Source: a candidate division WOR-3 bacterium (GTDB lineage Bacteria > Hydrothermota > Tepidihabitantia > Tepidihabitantales > Tepidihabitantaceae). Taken from it: DNA of 64,000 nt. The notes beneath the pieces were generated by a model. That model ran no database searches. It was not told the origin of the DNA and saw only the letters and a program-made list of their open reading frames with translations. How positions within the stretch are numbered: the stretch's first letter is position 1; every line of letters begins with the position of its first letter. Where the stretch lies: assembly GCA_965649205.1 (NCBI GenBank), contig CBFGJV010000008.1:1-64000 (forward strand), given 5' to 3'. The position numbers were made by a program, and so were the translations under genes. This document shows positions 41,922 through 51,285 of this stretch, in pieces.

Positions 41922-43100
41922 TTAGTCGCTAGCGGTTTCCTTCCGCTTGTCGGCCTCTTTATTCGTGATTGGCTCTATCAAATCCTGTTCCTCGTCAGGC
42001 CTTTCCAAAAGATTCTTGTCGTCCTTTTTCTTGACCAGCACGGCAAAAGTCAGTGTGCAACCTGAATACCAGACAGAGCAACTGTATGCCAATACCATAA
42101 TCGCCGCAGCGTACAGGCAGATGCCGAGCAGAAGCGAGGCGACAACTCCGGACCAACCCGACGCCTGCGGCGTGTAGAAGGAGGGCACGGGTTCGCAGGT
42201 ACCCGGCAGTCCTACCAGTTCAGTGTAACGCAGCAGGGCAAGGCGCAACTGTTCCGGTACCCAGCTAGGCAACACTATTTTCAAGAAATATCCCGCGTCC
42301 GAGAGAACATCCGCCAGCTTGGGACCGGTAACTAGGCCGACTATACTAACGCCGATGCGTGCGGCAACGCTGGTAGCCAAACCAAATACTACGAATCCTA
42401 ATTTCGCCAACAAGGCGCTGGTGGCGGTATATAGCACCAGACGGGCGGGTTGTTCGTTCACGCAGGAAAAGACCTCAAATATCGTGTCAAACATATCGTT
42501 GCGGCTGGTACCCACGACACTAGGGGTAAGCAAGAGGCAGAAAAAAAGAACGACAAGCAGATAAAGTATGAAAAAGGAGGCGGCCAGACCGGGTAAGGCC
42601 AGCAAGCCGACGATGATTTCGCCTAGATAGGGAATACGACCCAACAACCCCAAAAGCAGTCCAAATACCGCTATTACTGCCACAAACCCCAGTATAAGGA
42701 GGGGGCTGCCCAGCACTGACGAAAGATGGCGAAGGGCAAAACGATACGCTTCCCGGGATTCATAGAACTCATCTCCCCGCAACTGCTCATAAAGAATTTT
42801 GGATACGGCAGTTCCTGCTACCAGCACACAGGCTACAAAGAAAACCACCCCCAACCCGAAGATAACCCACGAAAACCAAGGGAACACAATTTCTTGAGGA
42901 TTCGGAAAAGGCAGAAGACGATAGTTCTCCCACAACGAGAGATAATCAGCCCCCGCAGTTAAACAGGCAAGGTAGGAAAAAAAGGAATAGCCGGCAAGGC
43001 CTACCAGAAGCCCCACTGACATCACCCAAATCTTTTTCGCGGAAAAACCCAATCGCAGGCTGCGAAAAACATCTTTGTAATTAAAGTGGAGTTTTGTCAC
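41922..43100 (-). CDS. Hypothetical multi-pass membrane protein
   Basis: SD AAAGGAGAGG plus GTG; about 6-7 TMs. Confidence 0.75.
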   Translation of the reverse strand: MTKLHFNYKDVFRSLRLGFSAKKIWVMSVGLLVGLAGYSFFSYLACLTAGADYLSLWENYRLLPFPNPQEIVFPWFSWVIFGLGVVFFVACVLVAGTAVSKILYEQLRGDEFYESREAYRFALRHLSSVLGSPLLILGFVAVIAVFGLLLGLLGRIPYLGEIIVGLLALPGLAASFFILYLLVVLFFCLLLTPSVVGTSRNDMFDTIFEVFSCVNEQPARLVLYTATSALLAKLGFVVFGLATSVAARIGVSIVGLVTGPKLADVLSDAGYFLKIVLPSWVPEQLRLALLRYTELVGLPGTCEPVPSFYTPQASGWSGVVASLLLGICLYAAAIMVLAYSCSVWYSGCTLTFAVLVKKKDDKNLLERPDEEQDLIEPITNKEADKRKETASD

Positions 43101-43127
43101 AACCTCTCCTTTCTGTAGAAAATTCTT

Positions 43128-43253
43128 CTACATCAGGCGCTTCGCCACCAAAAGGATAAATGCCAACAGCCCCAAGGCAAGAAACATAAAAACCCAGCGT
43201 AGCGGCAAAGGATAGTGGCGAACAGGAAAAAAGCGTCTTCTGAACTGCACCAT
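43128..43253 (-). CDS. Small single-TM protein, 41 aa (below the ORF-track cutoff)
   Basis: MVQFRRRFFPVRHYPLPLRWVFMFLALGLLAFILLVAKRLM*; promoter TTGACA-N16-TAGCAT at 43296-43269. Confidence 0.55.
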   Translation of the reverse strand: MVQFRRRFFPVRHYPLPLRWVFMFLALGLLAFILLVAKRLM

Positions 43254-43316
43254 TACTGCTGCCGGGTTATGCTACCGGCAACCTGGCTTGTGTCAAGTGT
43301 GACCGACGCGTAGAGT

Positions 43317-44918
43317 TCAGTCAGTTAAAACCAGTGTGGCAGCGAGGATACCCTTTGGTCCGGTTGCGCAGCAGAGGTAAATGCCCGGACTGGCGCGATT
43401 CCCGAGGTCATCGTATCCATCCCACACCGCCCAGCTTTCTCCGGCTGTTTCTTGTTTTGTGGTGAGTGTCCGTACCAGCCGGCCGGAAGAGTTGTAAATC
43501 CTGAGTTCGGACTGTGAGTTGGTAAGCATCAACCGGGCCGTCTTGGAAAAGGGGTTGGGTTTCACCCGCAGGTGGGGGCGCGCAGGCGGGAAAGACGGAG
43601 GATTCTCGGTAACCCCGGTAGCGACGCGGGCACCGGCAAGTTTAGCTAAAGAGGCGACGGCTGCCCTTATTGCTCTGGTAGCCATAGGCCAGTTGTTTGT
43701 GCCGCAGTTTACCTCATACAGAGGGCCGATAGTGTCGCCGATAGTGTGATACTTGGGGGTAAAATCGTGCTCTATTCCGCAGAAGGCGACATAGCCTTTC
43801 CACCAGAATGGGGCATGATCAGAGTAATCGTATTGGTTGGACGTGGTCATTATCTTTTTGGTTTTCAGCGGCCCGAAAGTGTCGCACTGGGCTCGATAGA
43901 AATCTACCAGCCAAGTGCAGTTGGGGCTGGAGGAACGGCCGATGACTTCCAAAGTATCCTTGCCCATGCGAGCGTAGGAAATCATATCAAAGTTCAGCAC
44001 AGCGCGGATCGAATCACGGCGGCGATAAGCTCGACTGGCAAAACTGTCGGAGCCGTAAAGCCCTTGCTCTTCTCCGGTGAAGCCGATGAAGTATACGGTG
44101 TAGTCAAAGTCTATTCCATGAAAGACCCGACAGGCTTCCAGCACTGCAGTAGCGCCGGAAGCGTTGTCGTCTGCGCCCGGACAGCGGTTGGGCTGCTGGT
44201 TTGACGTATTGTCCACATGGCCGCAAATGATATATATTTTTGTTGGGTCCAGTTTCCCTTTTTTGACCCCGATTATATTGGGCGCAAAGCCGGAGCGGAA
44301 CGTTTCTAAGGCAGTGGAGTCACACCCGTAGGCGATGAATTTTTGGCGCATCCATTCAACTGCCCGGCGACAGGAGTCAGTGGTAGAATAGCGGGTGTAG
44401 AAGTTTTGCAACCGACGAATAGTGGCTAACACCGAGTCTTCGCTTACCTTGTCCACCAAGCTCCACACCAAGCTGTCTGACAAGGCTGGCAGAGGAGGAG
44501 GGGAGACCGGTAGCTCGGCGTAAACCAGTGGCTCCGTGCCGACCCGGCTTAACTCCACAGGGAGACGGTTCAATTCGTCCACAGCGGCTTCGGTTGTAGC
44601 TAGGAGCACAGAACGGCTCTCTTCCAAGAGTATGCGGCCGTGGCGAGCAAGCTGGTTGCGATTCCAATCCGGCGGGACAAAAACCCAGAGCCACACTCTT
44701 TCAGGAACGAGTTCATCCAGCAAGGTTAGCCCGGGTCGGTGCAGTTGCTCGGAAGCGGCCAAGACTAAGCACCAAGTTCCGTAGTCGCGCAGAACCGTAA
44801 GTCCGGAGGCAGAAAAATCGGCTCCAGACTGCCCGGGCAGTAAATCAGCTTTCACCAGATAAGTGGGGCCGGCTGCGGCTAGGGTGACACACATACAGAA
44901 CACGGCTAGATACTTCAC
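43317..44918 (-). CDS. M28 family aminopeptidase with FlgD-Ig/T9SS-like C-terminal domain
   Basis: GHVD, GADDNASG, GEEQGL, NFDMI, SDH, YHT..D; PNPF..IYNSSGRLVRTL..WDG; start GTG 44918. Confidence 0.88.
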   Translation of the reverse strand: MKYLAVFCMCVTLAAAGPTYLVKADLLPGQSGADFSASGLTVLRDYGTWCLVLAASEQLHRPGLTLLDELVPERVWLWVFVPPDWNRNQLARHGRILLEESRSVLLATTEAAVDELNRLPVELSRVGTEPLVYAELPVSPPPLPALSDSLVWSLVDKVSEDSVLATIRRLQNFYTRYSTTDSCRRAVEWMRQKFIAYGCDSTALETFRSGFAPNIIGVKKGKLDPTKIYIICGHVDNTSNQQPNRCPGADDNASGATAVLEACRVFHGIDFDYTVYFIGFTGEEQGLYGSDSFASRAYRRRDSIRAVLNFDMISYARMGKDTLEVIGRSSSPNCTWLVDFYRAQCDTFGPLKTKKIMTTSNQYDYSDHAPFWWKGYVAFCGIEHDFTPKYHTIGDTIGPLYEVNCGTNNWPMATRAIRAAVASLAKLAGARVATGVTENPPSFPPARPHLRVKPNPFSKTARLMLTNSQSELRIYNSSGRLVRTLTTKQETAGESWAVWDGYDDLGNRASPGIYLCCATGPKGILAATLVLTD

Positions 44919-45038
44919 GGTTAGGTCCTTTCTTTGTCTTTGCGGCCAGCCCAAAGCTTTGTCCGGCCGCAAATATAAGGATAGGACGGCAGTCAGACAC
45001 TGTCAAACTTGTTGAGAGATAAGTAGCAGTAGTTTGGC

Positions 45039-48000
45039 TTATGAAACCAACCGTAGCGTCAATATTTCAAAAGGCCCTAGGCTAAACTCCAGCCTGCCCG
45101 CCTTGAGTTTGATTTCCTTGAGAAGCCTTTCCAGCAAGTCGGCCCTGAACACCTGGCGGGGGCAGTGGGCAAATTCTAGCACCGCCTGCGCAGGCTGGCC
45201 GTAAGCCTCATACAGCCGCAGGACAATATCGCGGGCACTATTGCTCTTGCTTGAAGTCTGTATGTTCGTTGTCAGCTCCGGTTCGGCCAGCTTTATTGTT
45301 TCCACTATCACATTGGGCACATTCAGCCGGAACAGGCTTTGCGCTACCTCTCCGACCGGAGCTTTGGTCGCAAAGGCACGTAGGGGCACGTTCAGACTGT
45401 AACCTTCCTGGATCACAGAACCTTCGCGGAAACCGCCAGGGTGAGGAAACAGGGCATAGGTGAACTCGTGTTCGCCCATATCTGCGTCAGGATCAGGAAA
45501 CTTGGGCGAGCGCAAAAGGTTCAGGTCTAGGATATTGCCCAAAACCTTATGCCCGTATTTACAGTCGTTCAGCAGAGCGACGCCGTATGTTGGGTCTGAC
45601 AGGTCTGCCCAGCGATGAGCGGCGACCTCGAACTTAGCCATATCCCAACTGGTATTACGGTGGGTGGGCCGTTGCACATGACCGAATTGTATTTCGTAGG
45701 TCGCTTGCTCAGACCGCACTGTTACGGGAAAGGAGGTACGCAGCATTTTTTGAGATTCGTGCCAATCCACGCGGGTGACAAACTCCAATCTGCGGCTGCC
45801 TGCAGCCAGCCTTATCTGTTGCCAGAGACGAGAAGCAGCGCCAACTTTTCGTTCCTGAATGATGGAGGCGCGCAGAGGGCCTTTTTCCCCAACTCGGCAC
45901 GAAACCAATTCTGCTTCTTGCGGCGGCTTTTCTTCGTAGAACAGGTCAACTTCCCAAGCTTCCCAAGCGGCGGGCGTGTCTTCGTACACAGCCAACACAT
46001 TTCCCCTGGTGCCGGCAGGAATCACCTCTTTGTCCATTTCCTTGTCGTAGATGCGACATATGTGTCCTTTGCGGTCGAATTCTACGCGCAGCAGCTCATT
46101 TTCCAGCGAACGGGTGGAAACTGACAAAGGGGAAGCGGTAACTGCGGATTCAGCACAGGGCCGCAGTAGCGTGTAACCAAGAGATGGCACCGTAGCTTTT
46201 ACCAGCAGCTTATCGCCGACTGCCTGAGTAGGCAGGACGTTGCCCGCGGCATCGCGCACCACGTCAGGTTTACGGTTCCTGTGGGTATCCAGCGGAAGCT
46301 CCACCAAGTCCTCCCGGGCCCAGGAAAGAGAATTCACTACGAGAAAAGCCGGAGTGGCTGCGGCGCGGGAAGCGGAACGCGGCAGCTTTTTGCCATCTGA
46401 TTGCCGTAGAAGAAGGCGGGGGCCGAAGTCGGCAATAACTTTTTGCGCAAACTGTGTGATTTCCTCGTAGTGTTTAGCGCTGTCTTTATACACCCAGCCA
46501 ATAGAAGAGCCGGGTATGATGTCGTGAAACTGATTGAGCAAAAGGAGCTTCCAGACCCGCTCGAAACCTTCCTGCGGATATTCCGCGGGGAAGAAGCTGG
46601 CTAGAAACTCCGCTTCGCGCAGAAGCAACTCAGCCTTTCGGTTTGCTTTTTTGTTACGCGCCTGCGTGGTTAGGGTGCCGCGATGGAACTCCAGATACAG
46701 TTCCCCCTTCCAACAGGGCAGGTCCTTGGTCTCGGTTTCTGCCTGACGGAAAAACTGCCGCACAAATTGCTGCTTCACACGTGGTAGTTCTTCACAATTC
46801 TGGGAACGGCGGGCAAATTCCAGATGATGACGTGAGGGTCCACCACCGCCGTCGCCGTATCCGAAGGCATACAACCAGCGGGTACAGCGGTCTTTTTCGG
46901 CGAAATTCTTGGTCGCGTAGAGGAGACTTGCTGGGTCGAAGTCACTTCCATAGCTGTCTGCCGGAGGCAGATGGGCAAGAACCCTGCTGCCGTCCGGCCC
47001 TTCCCAGATGAAGGTGTGGTGGGGGAATTTGTTGAACTGATTCCAGGACATCTTGGTAGTGACGAAATACTTCACATTTGCCCGCCGCATTATCTGGGGC
47101 AGCGCCGCAGAATAACCGAAAACATCTGGCACCCACATATTATCTACTTCAATGCCAAACTCTGCCAGAAAGAACAGTTTGCCGTATAGAAACTGTCGCA
47201 CCAGCGATTCGCCGCCCGTTACATTGCAATCTGACTCCACCCACATACCTCCGACCGGCTCCCACCTCTGGGCTTTCACCGCTTCCTTAATGCGTTCGTA
47301 CAGCTCCGGATACTGCTTTTTGACCGCCTCATACACCCACGCCTGACTGGCGCTGAACTTGTATTCCGGATACTCCCGCATATACAATAGGGCAGTGGAG
47401 AAAGTCCGGGCGGCTTTGCGCACCGTCTCGCGCAGGGGCCAGAGCCATGCCAAATCCAGATGCGAGTGTCCTATGGCGGAGACTTTTGGAGCGGAGACGT
47501 TGGCCCGGCGTTGCAGTTGCTCGCGTAGGGGCTGGCGGGCATAGGAAACGGCCTGGGGCGTAGGGATAGGCCGACGATAGTATGATTCATAAATACCGTT
47601 CGGATCTAGGGAAGCGTAAGCCGGCGCCGGCCGACCGCCGTAACGGTTAACCGCTTCGTTGAGCGCATAACGTATCTGTGCACGGCGGGGATGGTCTTCG
47701 GGTAGAGCCAACATAAGGCCGTATAGAAACTTGAAATCGTGCAGAAATTCCCAGCCGTCCCGGCGGAAAAGAACCAGTCTGGCTTCTTTCAGATAACAGT
47801 TGGCCGATACGCCGAAAAGATGATTAGCCACTGCTTCTACTAGAAGTTCCACCGCTTCTCCGCCGCTCGCCTTCTGCGCCACCGGTACCAGCGCCTTGCG
47901 CGACCATTCGTCTCCACTTGTCAGTCCGCACACTGGCTCTCCGTTGCGGTTAAAAACGCAGGCTTCGCTACCGGTATCCAGCACTGCCCATACTTCCTTT

Positions 48001-48293
48001 CCCTCCCATTTCTGCGGGACGCGGCCGCGGAAACGGAACCAGGCGGTTTCCCAGTTGCCGCCCCAGCGCTCGCCGGCGGAGATTTTCTGCCAGTGGTGGG
48101 GTGAATTCTTACGACTTGCCTGGCGGATAAAAAGCGCGGGTGGGGCAAAAAGCTCTCCGGGCACTTCTGTATTTCCTAACCCCAGATTTACGAACTCTGC
48201 TTCCAAAGGCACGGAATCTTCGTAATAAAACCAGCGGGCGTTTGCCAGAAAATTCGCCAGCCGTCGTTCGGTTAATTGCGGATGATGCAACAT
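45039..48293 (-). CDS. Alpha-mannosidase, GH38
   Basis: GHSHLDLAWLW, PDVFG, GDGGGGP, GELYLEFHRGT, NQFHDIIPGSSI. Confidence 0.95.
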   Translation of the reverse strand: MLHHPQLTERRLANFLANARWFYYEDSVPLEAEFVNLGLGNTEVPGELFAPPALFIRQASRKNSPHHWQKISAGERWGGNWETAWFRFRGRVPQKWEGKEVWAVLDTGSEACVFNRNGEPVCGLTSGDEWSRKALVPVAQKASGGEAVELLVEAVANHLFGVSANCYLKEARLVLFRRDGWEFLHDFKFLYGLMLALPEDHPRRAQIRYALNEAVNRYGGRPAPAYASLDPNGIYESYYRRPIPTPQAVSYARQPLREQLQRRANVSAPKVSAIGHSHLDLAWLWPLRETVRKAARTFSTALLYMREYPEYKFSASQAWVYEAVKKQYPELYERIKEAVKAQRWEPVGGMWVESDCNVTGGESLVRQFLYGKLFFLAEFGIEVDNMWVPDVFGYSAALPQIMRRANVKYFVTTKMSWNQFNKFPHHTFIWEGPDGSRVLAHLPPADSYGSDFDPASLLYATKNFAEKDRCTRWLYAFGYGDGGGGPSRHHLEFARRSQNCEELPRVKQQFVRQFFRQAETETKDLPCWKGELYLEFHRGTLTTQARNKKANRKAELLLREAEFLASFFPAEYPQEGFERVWKLLLLNQFHDIIPGSSIGWVYKDSAKHYEEITQFAQKVIADFGPRLLLRQSDGKKLPRSASRAAATPAFLVVNSLSWAREDLVELPLDTHRNRKPDVVRDAAGNVLPTQAVGDKLLVKATVPSLGYTLLRPCAESAVTASPLSVSTRSLENELLRVEFDRKGHICRIYDKEMDKEVIPAGTRGNVLAVYEDTPAAWEAWEVDLFYEEKPPQEAELVSCRVGEKGPLRASIIQERKVGAASRLWQQIRLAAGSRRLEFVTRVDWHESQKMLRTSFPVTVRSEQATYEIQFGHVQRPTHRNTSWDMAKFEVAAHRWADLSDPTYGVALLNDCKYGHKVLGNILDLNLLRSPKFPDPDADMGEHEFTYALFPHPGGFREGSVIQEGYSLNVPLRAFATKAPVGEVAQSLFRLNVPNVIVETIKLAEPELTTNIQTSSKSNSARDIVLRLYEAYGQPAQAVLEFAHCPRQVFRADLLERLLKEIKLKAGRLEFSLGPFEILTLRLVS

Positions 48294-48456
48294 ACCAGCA
48301 CCTGCCTTTCGTCTTATGCCGCCCCAGATGCTAAGAACGAGAAAGTTGAAGTCAAGAGAGAACGGCTTGGCTCTTACTCCAGAGACCGCGCAGGCGAAAA
48401 ATGAAAATGCAGTTCAGCGCCTTGACACAAAATCCAGCAGGACTAATATCATAACG

Positions 48457-48747
48457 ATGGGTGATTACATCCATCTGTCTGGGTCGGTCCCAGCGCGGGT
48501 TACACTAACCAAACTGCTTCGCTGCGCCATAACAGTGGCTAGCGGCGAAGTGCTTGCCGCCTTGCTTCTTACTGGAGCAGTCCTTTTGTTCCGCAACGAG
48601 CCTCTGTTTGTTACCGTCAGGCAAACCCGTTGGACCGGATGGGTGTATCTGGGGCTGGGCCTGTATATGCTCGCCAATTTTGCGCTTACTCTGCGCTGCT
48701 TGCTTTTTTCTTCAGCGCGCAGAAGCGGTTGCAGCCTTCCCGCCTGA
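48457..48747 (+). CDS. Small 2-TM hypothetical protein
   Basis: ATG 7 nt after TTGACA-N16-TAATAT (48422-48449); two hydrophobic segments. Confidence 0.5.
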   Translation: MGDYIHLSGSVPARVTLTKLLRCAITVASGEVLAALLLTGAVLLFRNEPLFVTVRQTRWTGWVYLGLGLYMLANFALTLRCLLFSSARRSGCSLPA

Positions 48748-48979
48748 TTCTTTTCCGCACAAATTGAACGAGGACTGTATGTCAAACTTGACAACCTTCG
48801 GGTGATTCATATATTATTTCCGTAAGAGCCACCCCGCTGTAAGGTACAGCGGGGAGCTTGTTGCGAGGACAGAGCCTGAAAATTTGACAAATGAGAAAAG
48901 TTCATTTCAAGTTACATTTTCGCTACAAGGGCACAAAAGTCCGGGTATTTGCCTGGATTACAAGCAGAAAGGAGCAAAC

Positions 48980-51028
48980 ATGAGGAAAGACCTACTAATT
49001 GCTGTTGTCATAATACTAGCTATGGCAACAGTTGCGCCGGCTGCGAACCTTCTCACCGAAGGGTTTGACAGCCCCACCTTCCCGCCTTCGGGCTGGACGG
49101 TTTACAACTTCGACGGCTCGACCGGTCGGGGGACTTGGTGGTATCGTACCACGGTAGCCGCCAGAGTGTACAACCACAGTCCTGGAGCGGCAGATATAAA
49201 CAAGTCGCAACAGGGAGTACCTAACAACGACTGGCTGATTTCTCCCCGCGTGGGCCCCATCGGGCCGGATGACTCGCTGCTCTTCTGGTATCGCACGCAC
49301 GACAACTCCAATCCGGAAACACTGATAGTGAGAATATCGACTTCCAGCGATGTTTCAGACACCTCGGCTTATGTGCAGATTGCCCATATGGTTCTGCGTA
49401 GAACCCAGCCGGGACGGTTTGCTCGTATCAGCCTGGCTCCGTTTGCGGGGCAAAGCATCTATATAGCCTGGGTTTACAAGATTTCGGGCCGACAGGGTGA
49501 CGGACTTTCCATTGACGCTATTACCGTAAGTTCACCTGGAAATACCGTGACATTCAACCAGATGGGTCTTCCCGAAGGGACCGAATGGTATGTGGTATTT
49601 AATGGTGTAACCTACTATTCGACCGGTACCACTATCACCATAATGAATGTGCCCAACGGGAGTTATGAATGGAGCGTTTATACGCCGATTCCCGGAGGTG
49701 AGGGAGTCCGGTATGCGGCTTCGCCCGCAGAAGGTGTCATGCAAGTGCCCATTCAGACCGAGCAGACGATTATTTATACCCCGCAGTACTATCTGACAGT
49801 GGTTTCGCCATATGGCACCACTGCGGGCGAGGGCTGGTATGATGAGGGCGCAGAGGCCTACGCGGAAGTTGACCCGCTGGTAGTGCCAGGAGAGGAAGGC
49901 GTGCAGTATGTGTTTACCGGCTGGAGCGGGGATGCCACAGGCGAAACCTCGCCTTCAGATCCAATCTTCATGTACGGGCCCAAGACTGCCATTGCTAACT
50001 GGAAAACCCAGTACTACCTGACTGTGATTTCTAATCCGCTGGGCATTACTGAGCCTACAGGTTCTGGCTGGTATGATGCAGGCGCCGAAGCCGAAATATC
50101 CACCCTCACGCCGGTTCTATTTGAGGGCAAGACTTATGTCTTTGCGGGCTGGACAACGGAGAATATGAGTGCCATAGCCGACCCGCTGGCCCTGACTACT
50201 ACGGTTCTGGTTGAAGCACCGATGACAGTAAAAGCCAACTACCGGGAAGTAAGCCAGTCCACCGCCGCCCGGACCATCGGGTTCTGGGGCAATCGCAACG
50301 GACTAGCGCTCCTTACCTTGGCTGACGCTGAATTCCTCAATACACTCCCGCCCTATGAGACCTATACGCCGTATCCGCGCGAGCCCGAGAACGCCACTCC
50401 GTTTAGCACCACAGATTTGGAAGTGTTCAAACGGCAGGTAGATGGTTATTTGCAGAACGCCAACGCAAAAGACATGCGCTATATGCTGGCCGCGCAACTT
50501 TTGGCGACAGAGTTTAATGTTCGCAAAGGTTTTGTGGGCGAGGCCGACTCCGTGTGGCTGGACGACGGCGATATGATCTACGAGCCAGGCGAAGCAATGG
50601 CGGTGGCGGGAATAATGGATTGGGCCATTGCGGAGTGGCAGAACGGCACGCAGGAGTCCCGCGCCTATGTGAAAGATATCTTGGACGATATCAATAATAA
50701 CCGCGTGAGGTATATCGGCCCTGTAGCTTCTGGTTCTGGTCCGGCAGAGGCAGAGGGCAGTCGGAGCACGGGCGAATATGCCTTAGCTGTTTATCCGAAT
50801 CCTTTGGGCGCTTTCTCTGTCGTACGCTTTAGTCTGCCTGTTTCGGGCCGTGTAACGCTGAAGTTGTACAGTGTCACCGGGGCGCTGGTGGCAGACTTGG
50901 GCAGCGGTATCTACGGAGCGGGCGCGCATACCGTAAGTCTGAATGCCGCAGGACTAGCCCGCGGCACATACTTCCTGAAGTGCAGAGCCGAAGGCCTTGT
51001 GCGCGACACTAAGCTCGTGGTGAGGTAA
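48980..51028 (+). CDS. Secreted multidomain protein: cleaved-adhesin-like domain, Ig-like repeats, TIGFWG domain, T9SS-like CTD
   Basis: SD AAAGGAG plus ATG 48980; EGFD..FPP.GW, NDWLISP; GLPEGTEW; QYYLTV..G.GWYD x2; YPNP..G.YFLK. Confidence 0.8.
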   Translation: MRKDLLIAVVIILAMATVAPAANLLTEGFDSPTFPPSGWTVYNFDGSTGRGTWWYRTTVAARVYNHSPGAADINKSQQGVPNNDWLISPRVGPIGPDDSLLFWYRTHDNSNPETLIVRISTSSDVSDTSAYVQIAHMVLRRTQPGRFARISLAPFAGQSIYIAWVYKISGRQGDGLSIDAITVSSPGNTVTFNQMGLPEGTEWYVVFNGVTYYSTGTTITIMNVPNGSYEWSVYTPIPGGEGVRYAASPAEGVMQVPIQTEQTIIYTPQYYLTVVSPYGTTAGEGWYDEGAEAYAEVDPLVVPGEEGVQYVFTGWSGDATGETSPSDPIFMYGPKTAIANWKTQYYLTVISNPLGITEPTGSGWYDAGAEAEISTLTPVLFEGKTYVFAGWTTENMSAIADPLALTTTVLVEAPMTVKANYREVSQSTAARTIGFWGNRNGLALLTLADAEFLNTLPPYETYTPYPREPENATPFSTTDLEVFKRQVDGYLQNANAKDMRYMLAAQLLATEFNVRKGFVGEADSVWLDDGDMIYEPGEAMAVAGIMDWAIAEWQNGTQESRAYVKDILDDINNNRVRYIGPVASGSGPAEAEGSRSTGEYALAVYPNPLGAFSVVRFSLPVSGRVTLKLYSVTGALVADLGSGIYGAGAHTVSLNAAGLARGTYFLKCRAEGLVRDTKLVVR

Positions 51029-51051
51029 GCGCGACAGTCTAAAATACAATC

Positions 51052-51081
51052 AAGGAGGGCCCTCACGGGCCCTCCTTTCTT
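51052..51081 (+). terminator. Intrinsic terminator
   Basis: AAGGAGGGCCC-TCAC-GGGCCCTCCTT then TCTT. Confidence 0.8.
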
Positions 51082-51285
51082 AGGAGTAGAGGTAGCCGAA
51101 CATATGGTGGATAGTAAACTGACTCGGGAGGAAGCCCCCCCCCCCCAACCATTCCCTCCCCAGCCCCCTATACCCTATTTTCTACTACCTATCTATTAAT
51201 AAACACCGCTAAATAACGGGCAACCAAGGCGGTGTTGGGGAGGTCTATACAGATGTACGCGCCGGATTGTTTTTGAAAGGAGAAG

